DNA of 64,000 nucleotides from an uncultured Chloroflexia bacterium (GTDB lineage Bacteria; Chloroflexota; Anaerolineae; B4-G1; SLSP01): the NCBI GenBank assembly GCA_963751345.1, contig CAVVUS010000021.1, forward strand, positions 65,693 to 129,692. The letters run 5' to 3'. Under the pieces are notes generated by a model that saw only the letters and a program-made list of their open reading frames with translations, made no database searches and had not been told where the DNA came from. This document shows positions 9,584 to 20,358 of this stretch, piece after piece. Position 1 is the stretch's first letter. The number at the start of each line of letters is the position of its first letter. A program made the position numbers and the translations under genes.

Positions 9584-11912
9584 CTAGATCGTATCGAACT
9601 CAGTCCGCAGGATCAACTCATCCTGCATCTGAGGCGAGAGACGGGTGAAGTAGTCCGCGTAGCCGCCGATGCGGACGATCAGATCTCGGTAGGGCTCCGG
9701 GTTGGCCCGCGCGGCCTTGAGCGTCTCCCCGTCGACGACGTTCACCTGGACCTCAAAGCCGCCCCGGCGCAGGAAGGTAAGGATCAGGGCCTTGAGCCCG
9801 GTATACCCGTCATCGGATCGGAAGAGCGAGCTGTTGAACTTGAGGTTGTACGCCAGCCCGCCGATCATACGACTGTGATCCCAACCGGTCACCGAGAGCA
9901 CGGCTGCGGTGGGTCCGCAGGTCTCCCTCCCCTGCGCCGGGCCGCAGCCGTCGGCGAAGGGAAAGCCGGCGTGGCGCCCATCGGGCGTCGCCCCGGTCTC
10001 GCGGCCCAACTGCTCGTGCATCACCCAGGCGAAAGCACCGGGGACGTAGGCGCTGTCGTCCGGCGCGACCGAGAACCCCGCGCAGGTATCGGCTACAAAG
10101 CGGATGGCCTCGCCGAACAGGGCGTCGACGTCGGCGTTGCTCTGCCCATACTTCGGGTAGCCGTTGAGGAAGCGAAGCCGCGTGGCCTCGAGCCCCTCGA
10201 AGTCGGCATCGAGGATCGCCTTCAGTTGCGCCAGGGTCAGCCGCTGCTGGCGATAGACCTCCTCGCGGATGACGTAGAGCGCGTCGGCGAGGTTGGCGAG
10301 GCCGATGAAAGAGCACTCGACCCAGTTATACCGCGCACCACCATCCTCGATATCCCGCCCTTCGGCGACGCAATCCCGCGTGAAGACGCTCTGAAGGGGT
10401 CTTCGCATCGCCCGTTGGCGCTCCAGCCGGGCGGCGTTCTGCGCAGCCACGCCATCGGCAATCGCCGTCCCCAACCGCAGCCGGTAAGCGGCAACGAAGT
10501 CATCGAATGAAGCGGGCGGCGCCTCCGCCTGGTCAGCAATCTCGTCGAGGAGCAGGCCGCGCTCTGAAGAGGTCTCCGCATCGCCCGTTGGCGCTCCAGC
10601 CGGGCGGCGTTCTGCGCAGCCACGCCATCGGCAATCGCCGTCCCCAACCGCCGCCGGTACGCAGCAACGAAGTCATCGAAGGTAGCGGGCGCCGCCTCCG
10701 CCTGGTCGGCAATCTCGTCGAGGAGCAGGCCACAGGTGTTGTAGTAGGGAGAGGCCACCCAGACGTTGCTCGCGCCGGAGGGCGTGATCTCCACGCAGGT
10801 GGAGTTGATGTACCGGCACGCCTCGGCCCCGGGCACGCCCAGCGCAGCCAAGCCCTGCTGGATGGTCGCGTCACCGAAAAAGGCGGGGGTCGGGTAGCCG
10901 TGACCCATCAGGTCCACCGTGAGATCGACCAAAGTCTGGGTGTACCCTCGTGCCAGCAGACGCCCACGGTCGGATAGATCATGTGGGTGCTGCGGATCGC
11001 CTCCAGGCAGAGATATGAGAGCTCGTTAGTGACATCGTTCCCGAGCTTATCGCGCCCCCCGACCATCACCGACATCGCCAGCCCGTCCGGGACATAGGCG
11101 TTGACGTAAATGTAGAGCTGCTCGATCAGGTGCAGCGCCTCGTCACGCGTCAGTCGCCCCCGGGCGACGTCCACCTCATAGAAGGGGCCGAGCGTACGGT
11201 CGAGATGACCCGGTACCACCAGCCAGGCGCGATCGGCGTTCATCACACCGATGAGCACAAACCATAGGAGTTGAATGGCTTCAATATACGAGGTGGGTGG
11301 CTCGTGGGCTATGCGCCGGCACGCAGCGGCGAGCGAGTGGAGCCCCGCCTGGCGAGCAGGGTCGGCCCCCGCGATGGCGGCCTCGACCGTCCCGGCCGCG
11401 GCTTCGATCATCGCAGAGAGACCGTGCAGGCCCAGCAGGAAACTGCGATAGGTGTCGCCCTGTCCGTGCCTTCCGGGTAGCTTCGAGCTGCCCGAAAGGT
11501 CATCCGGAAGGTGACCCTCGATCTCCGCCGCCAGTCCATCGATCCCGAGGCGCATCAAGCGATCCAGATCCAGCTCGCAATGTCCCGTCTGGCCGGGAAA
11601 ATCGAGCTTATAGTCGGCCAGATACGCCTGCGCTGCCTCGACGTCGGCCTCCGCGTGCTCCGGCGCGCGCAGACGCCCGACGAAGAACTCGAGCTCGTCG
11701 AAGTCGAAGCGCATCGTAGCCAGGCGGTCGCGCGTGATCAGGCCGCGCCGTATCGTCCACGATGACTCTTGCTCGGACGCTCGCAGGGATGCCGCGTCGA
11801 CGACCGAGGTGTCGCGGATCCGCGCCAGGTCGCCGGCGTTCTTGGAGGTCATCACGCGTTCGCGCAGCGTCGCGATGCGCTCCGCACCGGTAGAGAGGAC
11901 GCTGTCGCTCAC
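9584..11912 (-). CDS. Glycyl radical enzyme (PFL family), about 720 aa; interrupted by a frameshift near 10930 and a 173-bp duplication
   Basis: PGHLDRTL, Cys loop YINSTCVE, GATPDGR and Gly loop LIVRIGGYADYF; start overlaps the stop of the upstream UroD gene. Confidence 0.85.
10388..10731. repeat. Imperfect 173-bp tandem duplication inside the GRE gene
   Basis: GCTCTGAAG... starts at 10388 and 10561; ...AGCAGGCC ends at 10558 and 10731. Confidence 0.9.
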
Positions 11913-13003
11913 TCACCATCAGATCGCCACCCCTCTGCCTCCTCGGCACGAAGTGCCTGGGCTGCCTCAATCATAGCCAGGTACCCCTCGACAGGCACGT
12001 ACTCCGGGATCGAGTTTCCTGAACCGAGGGCATAGCCTTTCGCCTGACGACGGAAGCGTCGCCCCATCTCGACGACCCGCTCGAAGATCTTGTCGGGCGC
12101 CTCGCGGCAAAGGATGTCGACGTCCACGCCGCCGACGAGGGCGATGCGATCGCCAAAACGCTCAATCCAGGTGCCGAAGGGTGCGATCACATCTTCATTC
12201 GAATGCTTGGCATCGATCCCAACATCGATCATATCGTCCATGATGCTGAGAATGTTGCCGCAGGAATGCCAGAGGAACGGGCGTCCGGCAGCATGGACGA
12301 GGTCGATCACCCGGCGATATTGGGGCACCATGTGGGTGCGAATAACGCGCGGTGCGACCAATGTGCTTACCTTGTACCCTTGATCGTCGCCGGCGCGGCA
12401 CACGGCGAAGAGATCGGTATATCGCTCCAGAAATCTCCGCCAGATCGTGACCATCAGATCGCCAATCCTGCGATAGAGGTCGGCGTAGAGCTCCGGGTCG
12501 TCGTGCGACATGTAGGCGAGATATTCATAGCCCACCAGATCCTCGCTGATCTCGAAGATGCCGTTGCCCACCCCACCCAACGCCCTCATCCCCGGCGGCA
12601 TCGCCGCGGCCAATGCCGCAAACCGGCGCTCCGCGGCGGCCCAGAAAAGGTTGGGAAGCTCATCCCAGGGATAGCGCTCGAAATCTGCCCGATTCTGGAT
12701 CGGCCCGGGGTGCTCGCCCAACAGCGCGCCGCCGCCGGGCAGGATCTCGGTGATGCAGACCTCGTAGGAGACCGTGTCGTAGGTCATTCCGTGGTAGAAA
12801 TCGCAATAGTGCTTGAAGAACTCCGCAAGGTCGGCGTCGTCACCGCCCGCCAAAGCCCCGAACTGAGTATTCGTGGCCTTCTCCATGAATTCGGGGTTGA
12901 TCAAGTGCTCGTAGACCGGCAGGCGCTCAGGCCGTCGATTGTAGGCTACGTTCACCATATGCCGGTAGTCCGGCTGGAACCGCGCGTCAACGTAAGGCGT
13001 CAT
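11909..13003 (-). CDS. UroD/MtaA-CmuA family protein
   Basis: GDDQGYK, FLWHSCGNI, DAKHSNED, GGVDVD and ALGSGNSIPEYVP; AAGGAG RBS before ATG 13003. Confidence 0.85.
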   Translation of the reverse strand: MTPYVDARFQPDYRHMVNVAYNRRPERLPVYEHLINPEFMEKATNTQFGALAGGDDADLAEFFKHYCDFYHGMTYDTVSYEVCITEILPGGGALLGEHPGPIQNRADFERYPWDELPNLFWAAAERRFAALAAAMPPGMRALGGVGNGIFEISEDLVGYEYLAYMSHDDPELYADLYRRIGDLMVTIWRRFLERYTDLFAVCRAGDDQGYKVSTLVAPRVIRTHMVPQYRRVIDLVHAAGRPFLWHSCGNILSIMDDMIDVGIDAKHSNEDVIAPFGTWIERFGDRIALVGGVDVDILCREAPDKIFERVVEMGRRFRRQAKGYALGSGNSIPEYVPVEGYLAMIEAAQALRAEEAEGWRSDGE

Positions 13004-13034
13004 GCATACTCCTTGAAATGTCTGAATCCGTGAT

Positions 13035-13205
13035 TCAGAATGGCCACAGGCAGCCGCGGCGTCGTGGGCGGAGCGGTGGGCCCACGAGCGGTCCCCTGGG
13101 CGGCACGCGCCGCAGCCGCCACAGCCCGCGGCGCATCCGCATTCCGGCCAGCCGTCCGCGCTCCAACCCACGGTTGATCCTACGTGCAATCCGTCTCGGT
13201 CGCAT
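13035..13205 (-). CDS. Small Arg-rich hypothetical protein (56 aa), not in the ORF track
   Basis: GAGGAGG RBS then MRPRRIARRINRGLERGRLAGMRMRRGLWRLRRVPPRGPLVGPPLRPRRRGCLWPF*; fills the gap between two co-oriented genes. Confidence 0.55.
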   Translation of the reverse strand: MRPRRIARRINRGLERGRLAGMRMRRGLWRLRRVPPRGPLVGPPLRPRRRGCLWPF

Positions 13206-13252
13206 TGAAGACCTCCTCGCTCGTCACTGATTTCTGATCACGCGTCAACTCG

Positions 13253-15298
13253 TCAATCTGAACTCACCATCTCTACCATCTGGTGCCCCTCGACCTTCGG
13301 CACCGTGAAGGTGACGTGACCGTCGTTCCGGTCGAAGTCGATGGCCTCGCCCTGCGGCACGAGGGCGACCCCGGTCACCGGCGCATCCGTCTTGATGGAA
13401 ACCCGAACGCCATAGAGCGGCACGACGTCCTCGATGACGTCGAAGGCCTCCCCACGCCGCTCCGGCACGTAGTGCAGCAGGTGCAGCACAAGCCGGCCCT
13501 GGTCCGGCTGGCGGTTGAGCGCAGCAATCGTCGCCGTGGGAGCCTCAACAGTGACCACCGGATCAGGCAGCAGACGTGCCAGCGCGTTGAGGAACAGCTG
13601 CTTGCACCACCTCGGCGCCTTGGTCTGATACTGGCTGAAGATGGGGTGGCTGAAATAGATGACCCTGCCCGACTGGACGACGGCCGGGTGCGAGATACGG
13701 CCCGACGAGGGGGCCTGCCGGTGCGAGCAGAAGTGCTTGTAGGTGCGATCGAAGTAGGGCGCCACGACGTCGGCCAGCACCTCGGTGCCGGGCTTGGCCT
13801 CGATCAGCATGCCGCGCATGGTCATCACGTGCTCGGTGGGTGGCAGGCCCTCGCCCACGGCCTCTCGGGGCACAACGTACTCGGCGTAGTTGTGCGCAGG
13901 ATACTCCCGACCGCGCACGAGCGCCCCGCTCGGGTCGCGAGGGCCCTCCCCCACAAGCCGCACGCCCAGGCTATCGAAGCTGAATGCCGTCTGCGCTCCA
14001 TCCATCCCCGACGCGAAGGAGGCGATGATCGCACCGCCGCCGGCAAGATAGGCCTGCAGCTTCGCCCCCAACTCGCCCTCGACGGGCACCTTGTCTGGAA
14101 GCACGAGCACGCGGTAGCGACCGAAATCGCCCTGCGCATCGATGACGTCGAACTGGTGCTTGCCCTCCTGCAACATCCGCACGGCGCCCATCATCGGCCT
14201 GAAGTCGATCTGGCTCCGATTGAGACCGGGGTCAAAGGCCTCGGGCGTCAGGACGCCTATCTCGGCTACCTGCTCCGCCCCGACGCACCAGGGCTCCTTG
14301 GCCTCGACCTGTGCGTAGACGGGGGCGATCAGGTCGTAGGTGTAGGGGTCGAGCACGCCACGGGGGTGGAGTTGGTCGCCCACGCAGACCTTGGCGTTGA
14401 GCGCCAGCATATGGTAGCACTCGAACGCCAGCGCCGCCGGGTTCTTGTACGAATGAAAGTCACCCCACGACGTATGGAACTTACCCGTCATTCCCAGGAA
14501 TTCCATACCGAGCGTCCGGGTGTACCGCGCCGTGATCGGGAAGTGGAGATAGCCCCACCCGCCGCTGGGCAGCGATTCCAGCTCCAGGTGCGTGAAAGCG
14601 TCAAGCATCTCACGATGGCGCGGGCCGACGTGTCCGGCGTTGAAGAAGACCAGCGCATCGGGATGCTGCGCGTGCACGTGGGCGCTCAGTTCGCGCACAA
14701 AGGTGTGGAGCACCTGCCGCGCGTAGGCCATCCGGTCCTCCAGCTTCGAGGGCTCCAGCCCCTGGGCGAGCATACCCTCCCGGCAGTAGTGGCACGAGCA
14801 GTCTCGCGCATCGACGATGTCGAACCAGAACCCGTCCACGGGCAGACTAGCCATGACATCGTCGACGATAGCCTTGAAGTGGTCGACATAGGGCGTGTTG
14901 AGACACAGCAGATGCCAGAAGCCGTCCTCGTAGGGTTCGGGGCCGACGAGCCGCCCCTTGGCGTCCATCACGCGCCACTCGGGATGCAACTGGGCGAGGT
15001 GCTCGTTGGTCTGCACCGACACGTAGATCGGTGTCGCGATCCCACGCGCGTGGCACGCCTCGATCTGCTCCGTGAGCAGGTCCCGCGTCAGATGTGGATG
15101 GCGGTACTCGGGAAATCGCTCCGAATTGTAGTAGAGCCAGCCGTGATGCCCCAGCGCAAACATGTTGATGGAGTTCACGTGCGCCCGCGCTAACGTCTCG
15201 GCGAAGACCTCGGGGTCGAAGTCGGCTCCCACGCCGTCGATTGCCTCACTGGTATGGAAGTCGAGATGGATCTGGCGGAAAGGAAGAGCGTGTTGCAT
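13253..15298 (-). CDS. GH151-like glycoside hydrolase (putative alpha-L-fucosidase; GHL6 + trimerisation domain)
   Basis: FRQIHLDFHTS N-terminus, DGFWFDI, ELESLPSGGWGY, GKFHTSWGDF and GDQLHPRG. Confidence 0.8.
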   Translation of the reverse strand: MQHALPFRQIHLDFHTSEAIDGVGADFDPEVFAETLARAHVNSINMFALGHHGWLYYNSERFPEYRHPHLTRDLLTEQIEACHARGIATPIYVSVQTNEHLAQLHPEWRVMDAKGRLVGPEPYEDGFWHLLCLNTPYVDHFKAIVDDVMASLPVDGFWFDIVDARDCSCHYCREGMLAQGLEPSKLEDRMAYARQVLHTFVRELSAHVHAQHPDALVFFNAGHVGPRHREMLDAFTHLELESLPSGGWGYLHFPITARYTRTLGMEFLGMTGKFHTSWGDFHSYKNPAALAFECYHMLALNAKVCVGDQLHPRGVLDPYTYDLIAPVYAQVEAKEPWCVGAEQVAEIGVLTPEAFDPGLNRSQIDFRPMMGAVRMLQEGKHQFDVIDAQGDFGRYRVLVLPDKVPVEGELGAKLQAYLAGGGAIIASFASGMDGAQTAFSFDSLGVRLVGEGPRDPSGALVRGREYPAHNYAEYVVPREAVGEGLPPTEHVMTMRGMLIEAKPGTEVLADVVAPYFDRTYKHFCSHRQAPSSGRISHPAVVQSGRVIYFSHPIFSQYQTKAPRWCKQLFLNALARLLPDPVVTVEAPTATIAALNRQPDQGRLVLHLLHYVPERRGEAFDVIEDVVPLYGVRVSIKTDAPVTGVALVPQGEAIDFDRNDGHVTFTVPKVEGHQMVEMVSSD

Positions 15299-15390
15299 CG
15301 AAAGACCTCCGTGCTAATCGCTTATTGTTCTCAAACTGACAAGGCCAAGGAATGAGCAACCTCGGCAAAGCCACCGCTAATCGCCACCCG

Positions 15391-16557
15391 TCACTCGTTA
15401 GGTGCCGCCACCGGGCTAATGCGCAGCACTGCCACGTCGTGGCGGTCGACGTACGCAGTGAAGCTGCTGGTGAAGACGCCGAGATCCTCGTGCGTCCAGA
15501 GGTCGCGGACGCGGCAGGGCCGGCGGTCGTGGAGACCGAGCGTCTCCCACGCGACGGCGATGCGGCGGTCGTCGCGCTCGCCCAGGTTGAACAGCCCAAC
15601 GGCCACCGAACCATCCTGCAAGGGCTTCGCCCAGGTCACGGCAATGTCGGACGCCCACGGCACGCGCCCTACCTGGTATCCCTGACGTCCCAGGGGATCC
15701 TGATTCACCGCGATGAGCTCGGGATTGAGCAAGATCGACTTCGTCACAGGGCTCATCGCGCGCACATCACAGCCGATCATCAACGGGGAAGCCAACAGAC
15801 ACCACAGACTGAAGTGGCTGCGGTACTCGGCGTCCGTACACCCGCCGCGGGCGGCGTTTCCCTTCCCGTACATACCGACCACGAGCATGTCCGGATCGTT
15901 CCAGCGCCCCGGACCTGCGTACGCCTCCAGACCAACCTGCTGCTCGAAGCCGATCCGCAGGATCGACTCCCAGGAGTCGTTGATGTCGCCGGTGGTGCGC
16001 CACATATGGCCGCCCGTGCTCGCACCCCACTCCCACGGCTTGTGTGAGCCCCACTCGCAAAGACTGAAGAGGATGGGACGACCGGTGGCGCGCAGCGCCT
16101 GGCCCATTCGCCGGTAGAGCATTGGGCCGTCGACGCCCGCGGGCGCGTAGCAGTAGTCATACTTGAGGAAATCCACACCCCATTCGGCGAAGGTCTGGGC
16201 ATCGACTTCCTCGTATCCGTAACTGGCGGGCTTGCCGGCGCACGTGTGGCTGCCCGCACAGGAATAGATCCCGAACTTGAGCCCTTTGCTGTGGACGGCG
16301 TCCGCAAGGGCGGGAATGCCGTGGGGGAAGATAGCGGGATCCCAGGTCAGGCGCCCGTTCACGCGCGCGTCCGCCTCCCAGAGATCGTCGATCACGACGT
16401 ACTCGTAACCCGCGTCCTTGAGGCCCTCTTCGACCATCGCATCAGCAGTCTCAAGAACGACCGCTTCACTGATCCTGCCGCCGAACGTGTTCCAACTGTT
16501 CCACCCCATCGGGGGCGTCAGGGCAAGTGTAGACAAGAGATCGGGCATCGTTGGCAC
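15391..16557 (-). CDS. GH27 alpha-galactosidase family
   Basis: TPPMGWNSWN, VIDDLW, FLKYDYC, WRTTGDI and WNDPDML. Confidence 0.92.
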   Translation of the reverse strand: MPTMPDLLSTLALTPPMGWNSWNTFGGRISEAVVLETADAMVEEGLKDAGYEYVVIDDLWEADARVNGRLTWDPAIFPHGIPALADAVHSKGLKFGIYSCAGSHTCAGKPASYGYEEVDAQTFAEWGVDFLKYDYCYAPAGVDGPMLYRRMGQALRATGRPILFSLCEWGSHKPWEWGASTGGHMWRTTGDINDSWESILRIGFEQQVGLEAYAGPGRWNDPDMLVVGMYGKGNAARGGCTDAEYRSHFSLWCLLASPLMIGCDVRAMSPVTKSILLNPELIAVNQDPLGRQGYQVGRVPWASDIAVTWAKPLQDGSVAVGLFNLGERDDRRIAVAWETLGLHDRRPCRVRDLWTHEDLGVFTSSFTAYVDRHDVAVLRISPVAAPNE

Positions 16558-16622
16558 CTCCGCACGTAGATGATCTGACTAACGTAGCTTACGCCGGTGC
16601 TGCACAATGGCAAATAACGACA

Positions 16623-16652
16623 GTGAGGCCAACGGATACCCGTTGGCCTCAC
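16623..16652 (-). terminator. Intrinsic terminator after the S8 protease gene
   Basis: 13-bp perfect stem GTGAGGCCAACGG/CCGTTGGCCTCAC followed by a T-rich run on the minus strand. Confidence 0.7.
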
Positions 16653-16687
16653 GTGAAGCTTGCTCAGACTGCCGAGGACGTTCGATG

Positions 16688-19600
16688 CTAGGGTGCTGCC
16701 TTGGCGACAATCGGCAGATAGAGATGAGAACCTACCTCGACAACCGCCGTGTCTCCGACCGCCTTGTGTGTGTACTCGTCCATCGCCTCGACGTACACGG
16801 TGTAGAAGCCGTTTTGGAGATACTGATGCTCGGCAGACGGCGCTGTCGTGTACTGGATCGGCGAGCCATCGCCGAAGTCCCAGGCATAGTAGATGGCCTC
16901 CGTGCCGATGGTCGCGGACATTGTGGCCGTCACGTTGACGAACTTCAGCGGCCCTGCGGCCATATACGATGGCTGATCGAAGGAGACCATCACCTGGTCA
17001 TCCAACCAGTCGAAGAGTGTACCCACCAACTCCTCCCGGGTATTGTAGCCCGTGTCGTTGTTCACACCCTCCACCCCAAAGCCCAGGTAGGCCACGCGCC
17101 ACGAGTATTCCTCGTACACCAGCGGATTCTGGATGCGCTCGATCGTCGGCTCATACGAGCTCTTGACACCAACCACACCATCTTGAACTGCCGAGACCGT
17201 GTTCGGGATCTGGAAGAGCGGGCCCGTGTCGATGTCGCTGTAGTAGAGCGGGTCGAGTTCGTCGACATAGGCTTGATTCCCCGCACCATCACCACCGGGA
17301 AGTGCATCGAAGACCATGTCCTTCAGGAATGGCGCGACATCCTGCATACCCACAGCCATCGGGAAGGTGCCGTCCACCAGCGGTGTGTTGGCCGCGCCAC
17401 GCATGAACGGCCAACTGTACAGACCATCGTTACCCAGCGCATCCTGTCCTGTGATAAGCATCTTGCCGCCCATCGCGAGGTACATCCGGATATCGTCAGC
17501 GATGGGGTCAAGCCAGTAGACGTAATTGTCACCCGTGAAGACAATGACCTTATCGTAGAGGTCAAGTACTGCACGGTCAGGATAGTAAAGGAGAGCACCG
17601 ATATCCCAGGTGTCGTAAGCTACGCTCAAGCTATCGAGCGTGCTCGTGTAGTAGCCCTGATAGTTCCCGCCTCCGCCGAGCTGATTCATATCGAAGTCCA
17701 CCAGCAGGACATCGGCCGTAGCACCAGGCGTCACGCGCACCCAGTAGGGGATATGCGCGACGTGTTCCGTGCCGCTGATGACGATATCGCCCTCCAGGTC
17801 CATGAAGGGCGCACCGGGGCCTACATCGACGGTAAGGGTGAAGGGCATAGTGCCCCCGGCAGCCATCGCAAGGTCAGCAGCACTAAGGGTGAAGGTGACC
17901 TGGCCAGTGGCCGTGACCCACTCATCGACACTCAAGGTATAGGTCTCCACGGTCCCCGCCACATCAGCAGCCGAGATGACCTCACTCATTTCCCCGCCCT
18001 GTGGCACCACACCGAAGCTGACGCTCGGCTTGTCAAAGGTGAGCCCAGGATCCGACGCCTCGCCCAGGTCGATGCGACCCGAGCCCTGCGTCATGATGTC
18101 GGCGAGTGTGGTCTCGTCGGTGTCGAGGATCGTCTGGCTGGCAGTGCTCATCAGCGCGCTCTTGACCTGCGCGGGCGTCCAGTCAGGATGGGCGGCCAAC
18201 AACAGGGCCGCGGACCCCGTCACGTGGGGTGAGGCCATGCTGGTGCCGTTGAGCGGCTGATAGGTACCGCCGGGCTTGGCGCTGAGGATGTTGACACCGG
18301 GGGCCACGAGATCAGGCTTGATCAGCAACGTGGCATCCGGCCCTCGTGAGCTAAACTCGGCGATCACGTCCGGCGTTTCGACGGTCCACGCCGAGACCGG
18401 ATAGCCGATATCGGTCCTGGCCGTATCGGTGTAGGTCTCCCACCAGTCGACCATATCCACGCCTAGATCATGGGCGATCATGACCGTGTAGATGTCACGG
18501 TTGCCCGCCGTAAAGCCACCCTTCCACGTCCGGGCGGCATCCGTGTACATGATCACGGCCGATGCACCCTGGTCGATAGCGTTGTCCAACTTGTCCGTGA
18601 AATTGTACGTTCCCCGTGGGATCAGAGCAATCCATCCGTCAGCGGTATACGGCGCCGTCTGGGTGATACCGACGGTGACGCCCGCCAACGTAGTGTCGGG
18701 GATCCCCAGCAGATCGCAGGGGATATAGGGCAGCGGCCCGATCGTCATCGTGGGATAGGCCGAGGGTGCGATGTCCGCGAATTGGTTGCCGGGGAACATC
18801 TGTAGTGTGTCGGTCACCGGCGTGGGCGCCGTCACGTGCAACGTGTTGTAAAAGGCGCGCGACGTGGTGCTCGCGCCCACCTGGATGAACTTGTCCGATG
18901 TGGGATTGCCGACGGTATTGTAGTTGGGTCCGGCATTCCCGGCGGAGAACACAATCACGATGCCCGCATCGGCGGCAGCCTCATAGGCCTGCACGAGGGG
19001 ATCATTAGAGGGCATCACGAAGGTATCGCTGCCCCAACTGTTATTGATGACGTCTGCGCCATCGGAGACGGCATCCTCCAACGCACCGGCAAGCATGATG
19101 TTGGAGCCACTGCCATTGCCATCAGGGGTAAGATAGAGCCCCTTGTAGATCATCAGCCACGCCCCGGGCGCGACACCTGAGATGACCGGACTTGCGGTGC
19201 CGTACGTCGCGGTGACCGTATTGCCGGCTGCGGTGCCCGCCACGTGTGTGCCGTGGTCAACCGCATCCATCGGGCTCAGGAACTCATCCTCACTGACGTC
19301 GAAGGTTGGCATAGAGTTGTTCGCGGCAATGATCTTGCCGTTGCAGAACCCGTCATGATCCGCACAGTAGCCCTTGGGCCACGTGCCGGTAGTCGGGTAA
19401 TCGAAGTTGGTCCCGTCGAACATCGGGTGCGTGGGATCGATACCCGTGTCGACGATCGCGACCTTCACCCCTTCGCCGGCCATGCTACGACCACCAAGGG
19501 ACGACCACAGCGCCGGAGCATCAATCAAAGGAAGGCTGTAGTCCATGTCCACAGTGTAGATGGTCTGAGGGGTCACGCGCGTCACACCCGGCAGTGTCAT

Positions 19601-19999
19601 CAGAGCTTTGATCGCCTCTAGGCCATTGCCGGACACCTTGACTGCCACGGCGTTGAGCACGACTTGGAAGCTCCGACCGACCTGGGCGCCGGGTATCGCC
19701 CGGGCGAGGTCAAGGGCGAAGAGTGCTTGCTCACCCTTGAGCTTGTTGACGTAGGCCTGACTCGATGCGGTCTGGACGTTAAGTTGTCCGCGTACGGTCA
19801 TCATGCTCTGCGCGCCCAGCGACTTCGCCTGAGCAGCAAGCGAGGGCTCCGCGAACTGGACAACGTACCAGCCATCAATGGCCGTTTGCGCCGTGGTTGC
19901 CGTGCCGTCGTCCTGGTTTGGGGCCTGGGCGGCGACCGGCACGACACCGGCAAACAACACAAACAGAAGCAACGTGCTGAACCAACGCATTCCACGCAT
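16688..19999 (-). CDS. Secreted S8 subtilisin-like protease (I9, S8 with PA insert, Fn3-like, PKD)
   Basis: Signal peptide; IVDTG, HGTHVAG and NGTSMASPH triad; [11 protein letters not shown] motif; C-terminal LYLPIV; AAAGGAG RBS. Confidence 0.92.
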   Translation of the reverse strand: MRGMRWFSTLLLFVLFAGVVPVAAQAPNQDDGTATTAQTAIDGWYVVQFAEPSLAAQAKSLGAQSMMTVRGQLNVQTASSQAYVNKLKGEQALFALDLARAIPGAQVGRSFQVVLNAVAVKVSGNGLEAIKALMTLPGVTRVTPQTIYTVDMDYSLPLIDAPALWSSLGGRSMAGEGVKVAIVDTGIDPTHPMFDGTNFDYPTTGTWPKGYCADHDGFCNGKIIAANNSMPTFDVSEDEFLSPMDAVDHGTHVAGTAAGNTVTATYGTASPVISGVAPGAWLMIYKGLYLTPDGNGSGSNIMLAGALEDAVSDGADVINNSWGSDTFVMPSNDPLVQAYEAAADAGIVIVFSAGNAGPNYNTVGNPTSDKFIQVGASTTSRAFYNTLHVTAPTPVTDTLQMFPGNQFADIAPSAYPTMTIGPLPYIPCDLLGIPDTTLAGVTVGITQTAPYTADGWIALIPRGTYNFTDKLDNAIDQGASAVIMYTDAARTWKGGFTAGNRDIYTVMIAHDLGVDMVDWWETYTDTARTDIGYPVSAWTVETPDVIAEFSSRGPDATLLIKPDLVAPGVNILSAKPGGTYQPLNGTSMASPHVTGSAALLLAAHPDWTPAQVKSALMSTASQTILDTDETTLADIMTQGSGRIDLGEASDPGLTFDKPSVSFGVVPQGGEMSEVISAADVAGTVETYTLSVDEWVTATGQVTFTLSAADLAMAAGGTMPFTLTVDVGPGAPFMDLEGDIVISGTEHVAHIPYWVRVTPGATADVLLVDFDMNQLGGGGNYQGYYTSTLDSLSVAYDTWDIGALLYYPDRAVLDLYDKVIVFTGDNYVYWLDPIADDIRMYLAMGGKMLITGQDALGNDGLYSWPFMRGAANTPLVDGTFPMAVGMQDVAPFLKDMVFDALPGGDGAGNQAYVDELDPLYYSDIDTGPLFQIPNTVSAVQDGVVGVKSSYEPTIERIQNPLVYEEYSWRVAYLGFGVEGVNNDTGYNTREELVGTLFDWLDDQVMVSFDQPSYMAAGPLKFVNVTATMSATIGTEAIYYAWDFGDGSPIQYTTAPSAEHQYLQNGFYTVYVEAMDEYTHKAVGDTAVVEVGSHLYLPIVAKAAP

Positions 20000-20239
20000 G
20001 CGGCCTGCTCCTTTCGGTACCTTGGATTGCATATCGAAACCACACCAAGAGCATGTCTGTCGTGAAGAAAATGTCCTGACCTGCACACCTCCTTTCACAA
20101 TCAAGCCGGGTAGTGTCCGGATGCGTAGTATCGACGAGGGTAGGCAATAGAAACGCGGACGAACGCGCAATACTCGATGATCTTCCCCCGCCGACATATG
20201 CTGGATTGGCGCCCCCGCGCCTTCCACACAGCTACCATG

Positions 20240-20268
20240 AGTCTAGCAAGGTAATCTGAGATTGTCAA
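20240..20268 (-). promoter_or_regulatory. Sigma70-type promoter for the S8 protease gene
   Basis: TTGACA-17 bp-TAGACT on the minus strand. Confidence 0.6.
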
Positions 20269-20358
20269 TTTGCCAATCCGGCCGAATGTAGTTCGGGAGG
20301 GAAGAACGGCCGTAGCTCGCTTCCTCTGAACACAAACCTCCCAAAAGCCCCTGGTGTA

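Noticed and set aside
9584-11912. Labelling the GRE as pflB, cutC or a diol dehydratase
   Set aside because: It lacks the PFL Cys-Cys pair, has an atypical STCVE loop, and no microcompartment or activase genes are adjacent.
13283-18232. Long plus-strand ORFs (636 aa at 13283, 541 aa at 16607) and similar antisense ORFs elsewhere
   Set aside because: They are shadows of well-supported minus-strand genes caused by GC-rich codon bias and carry no recognisable motifs.
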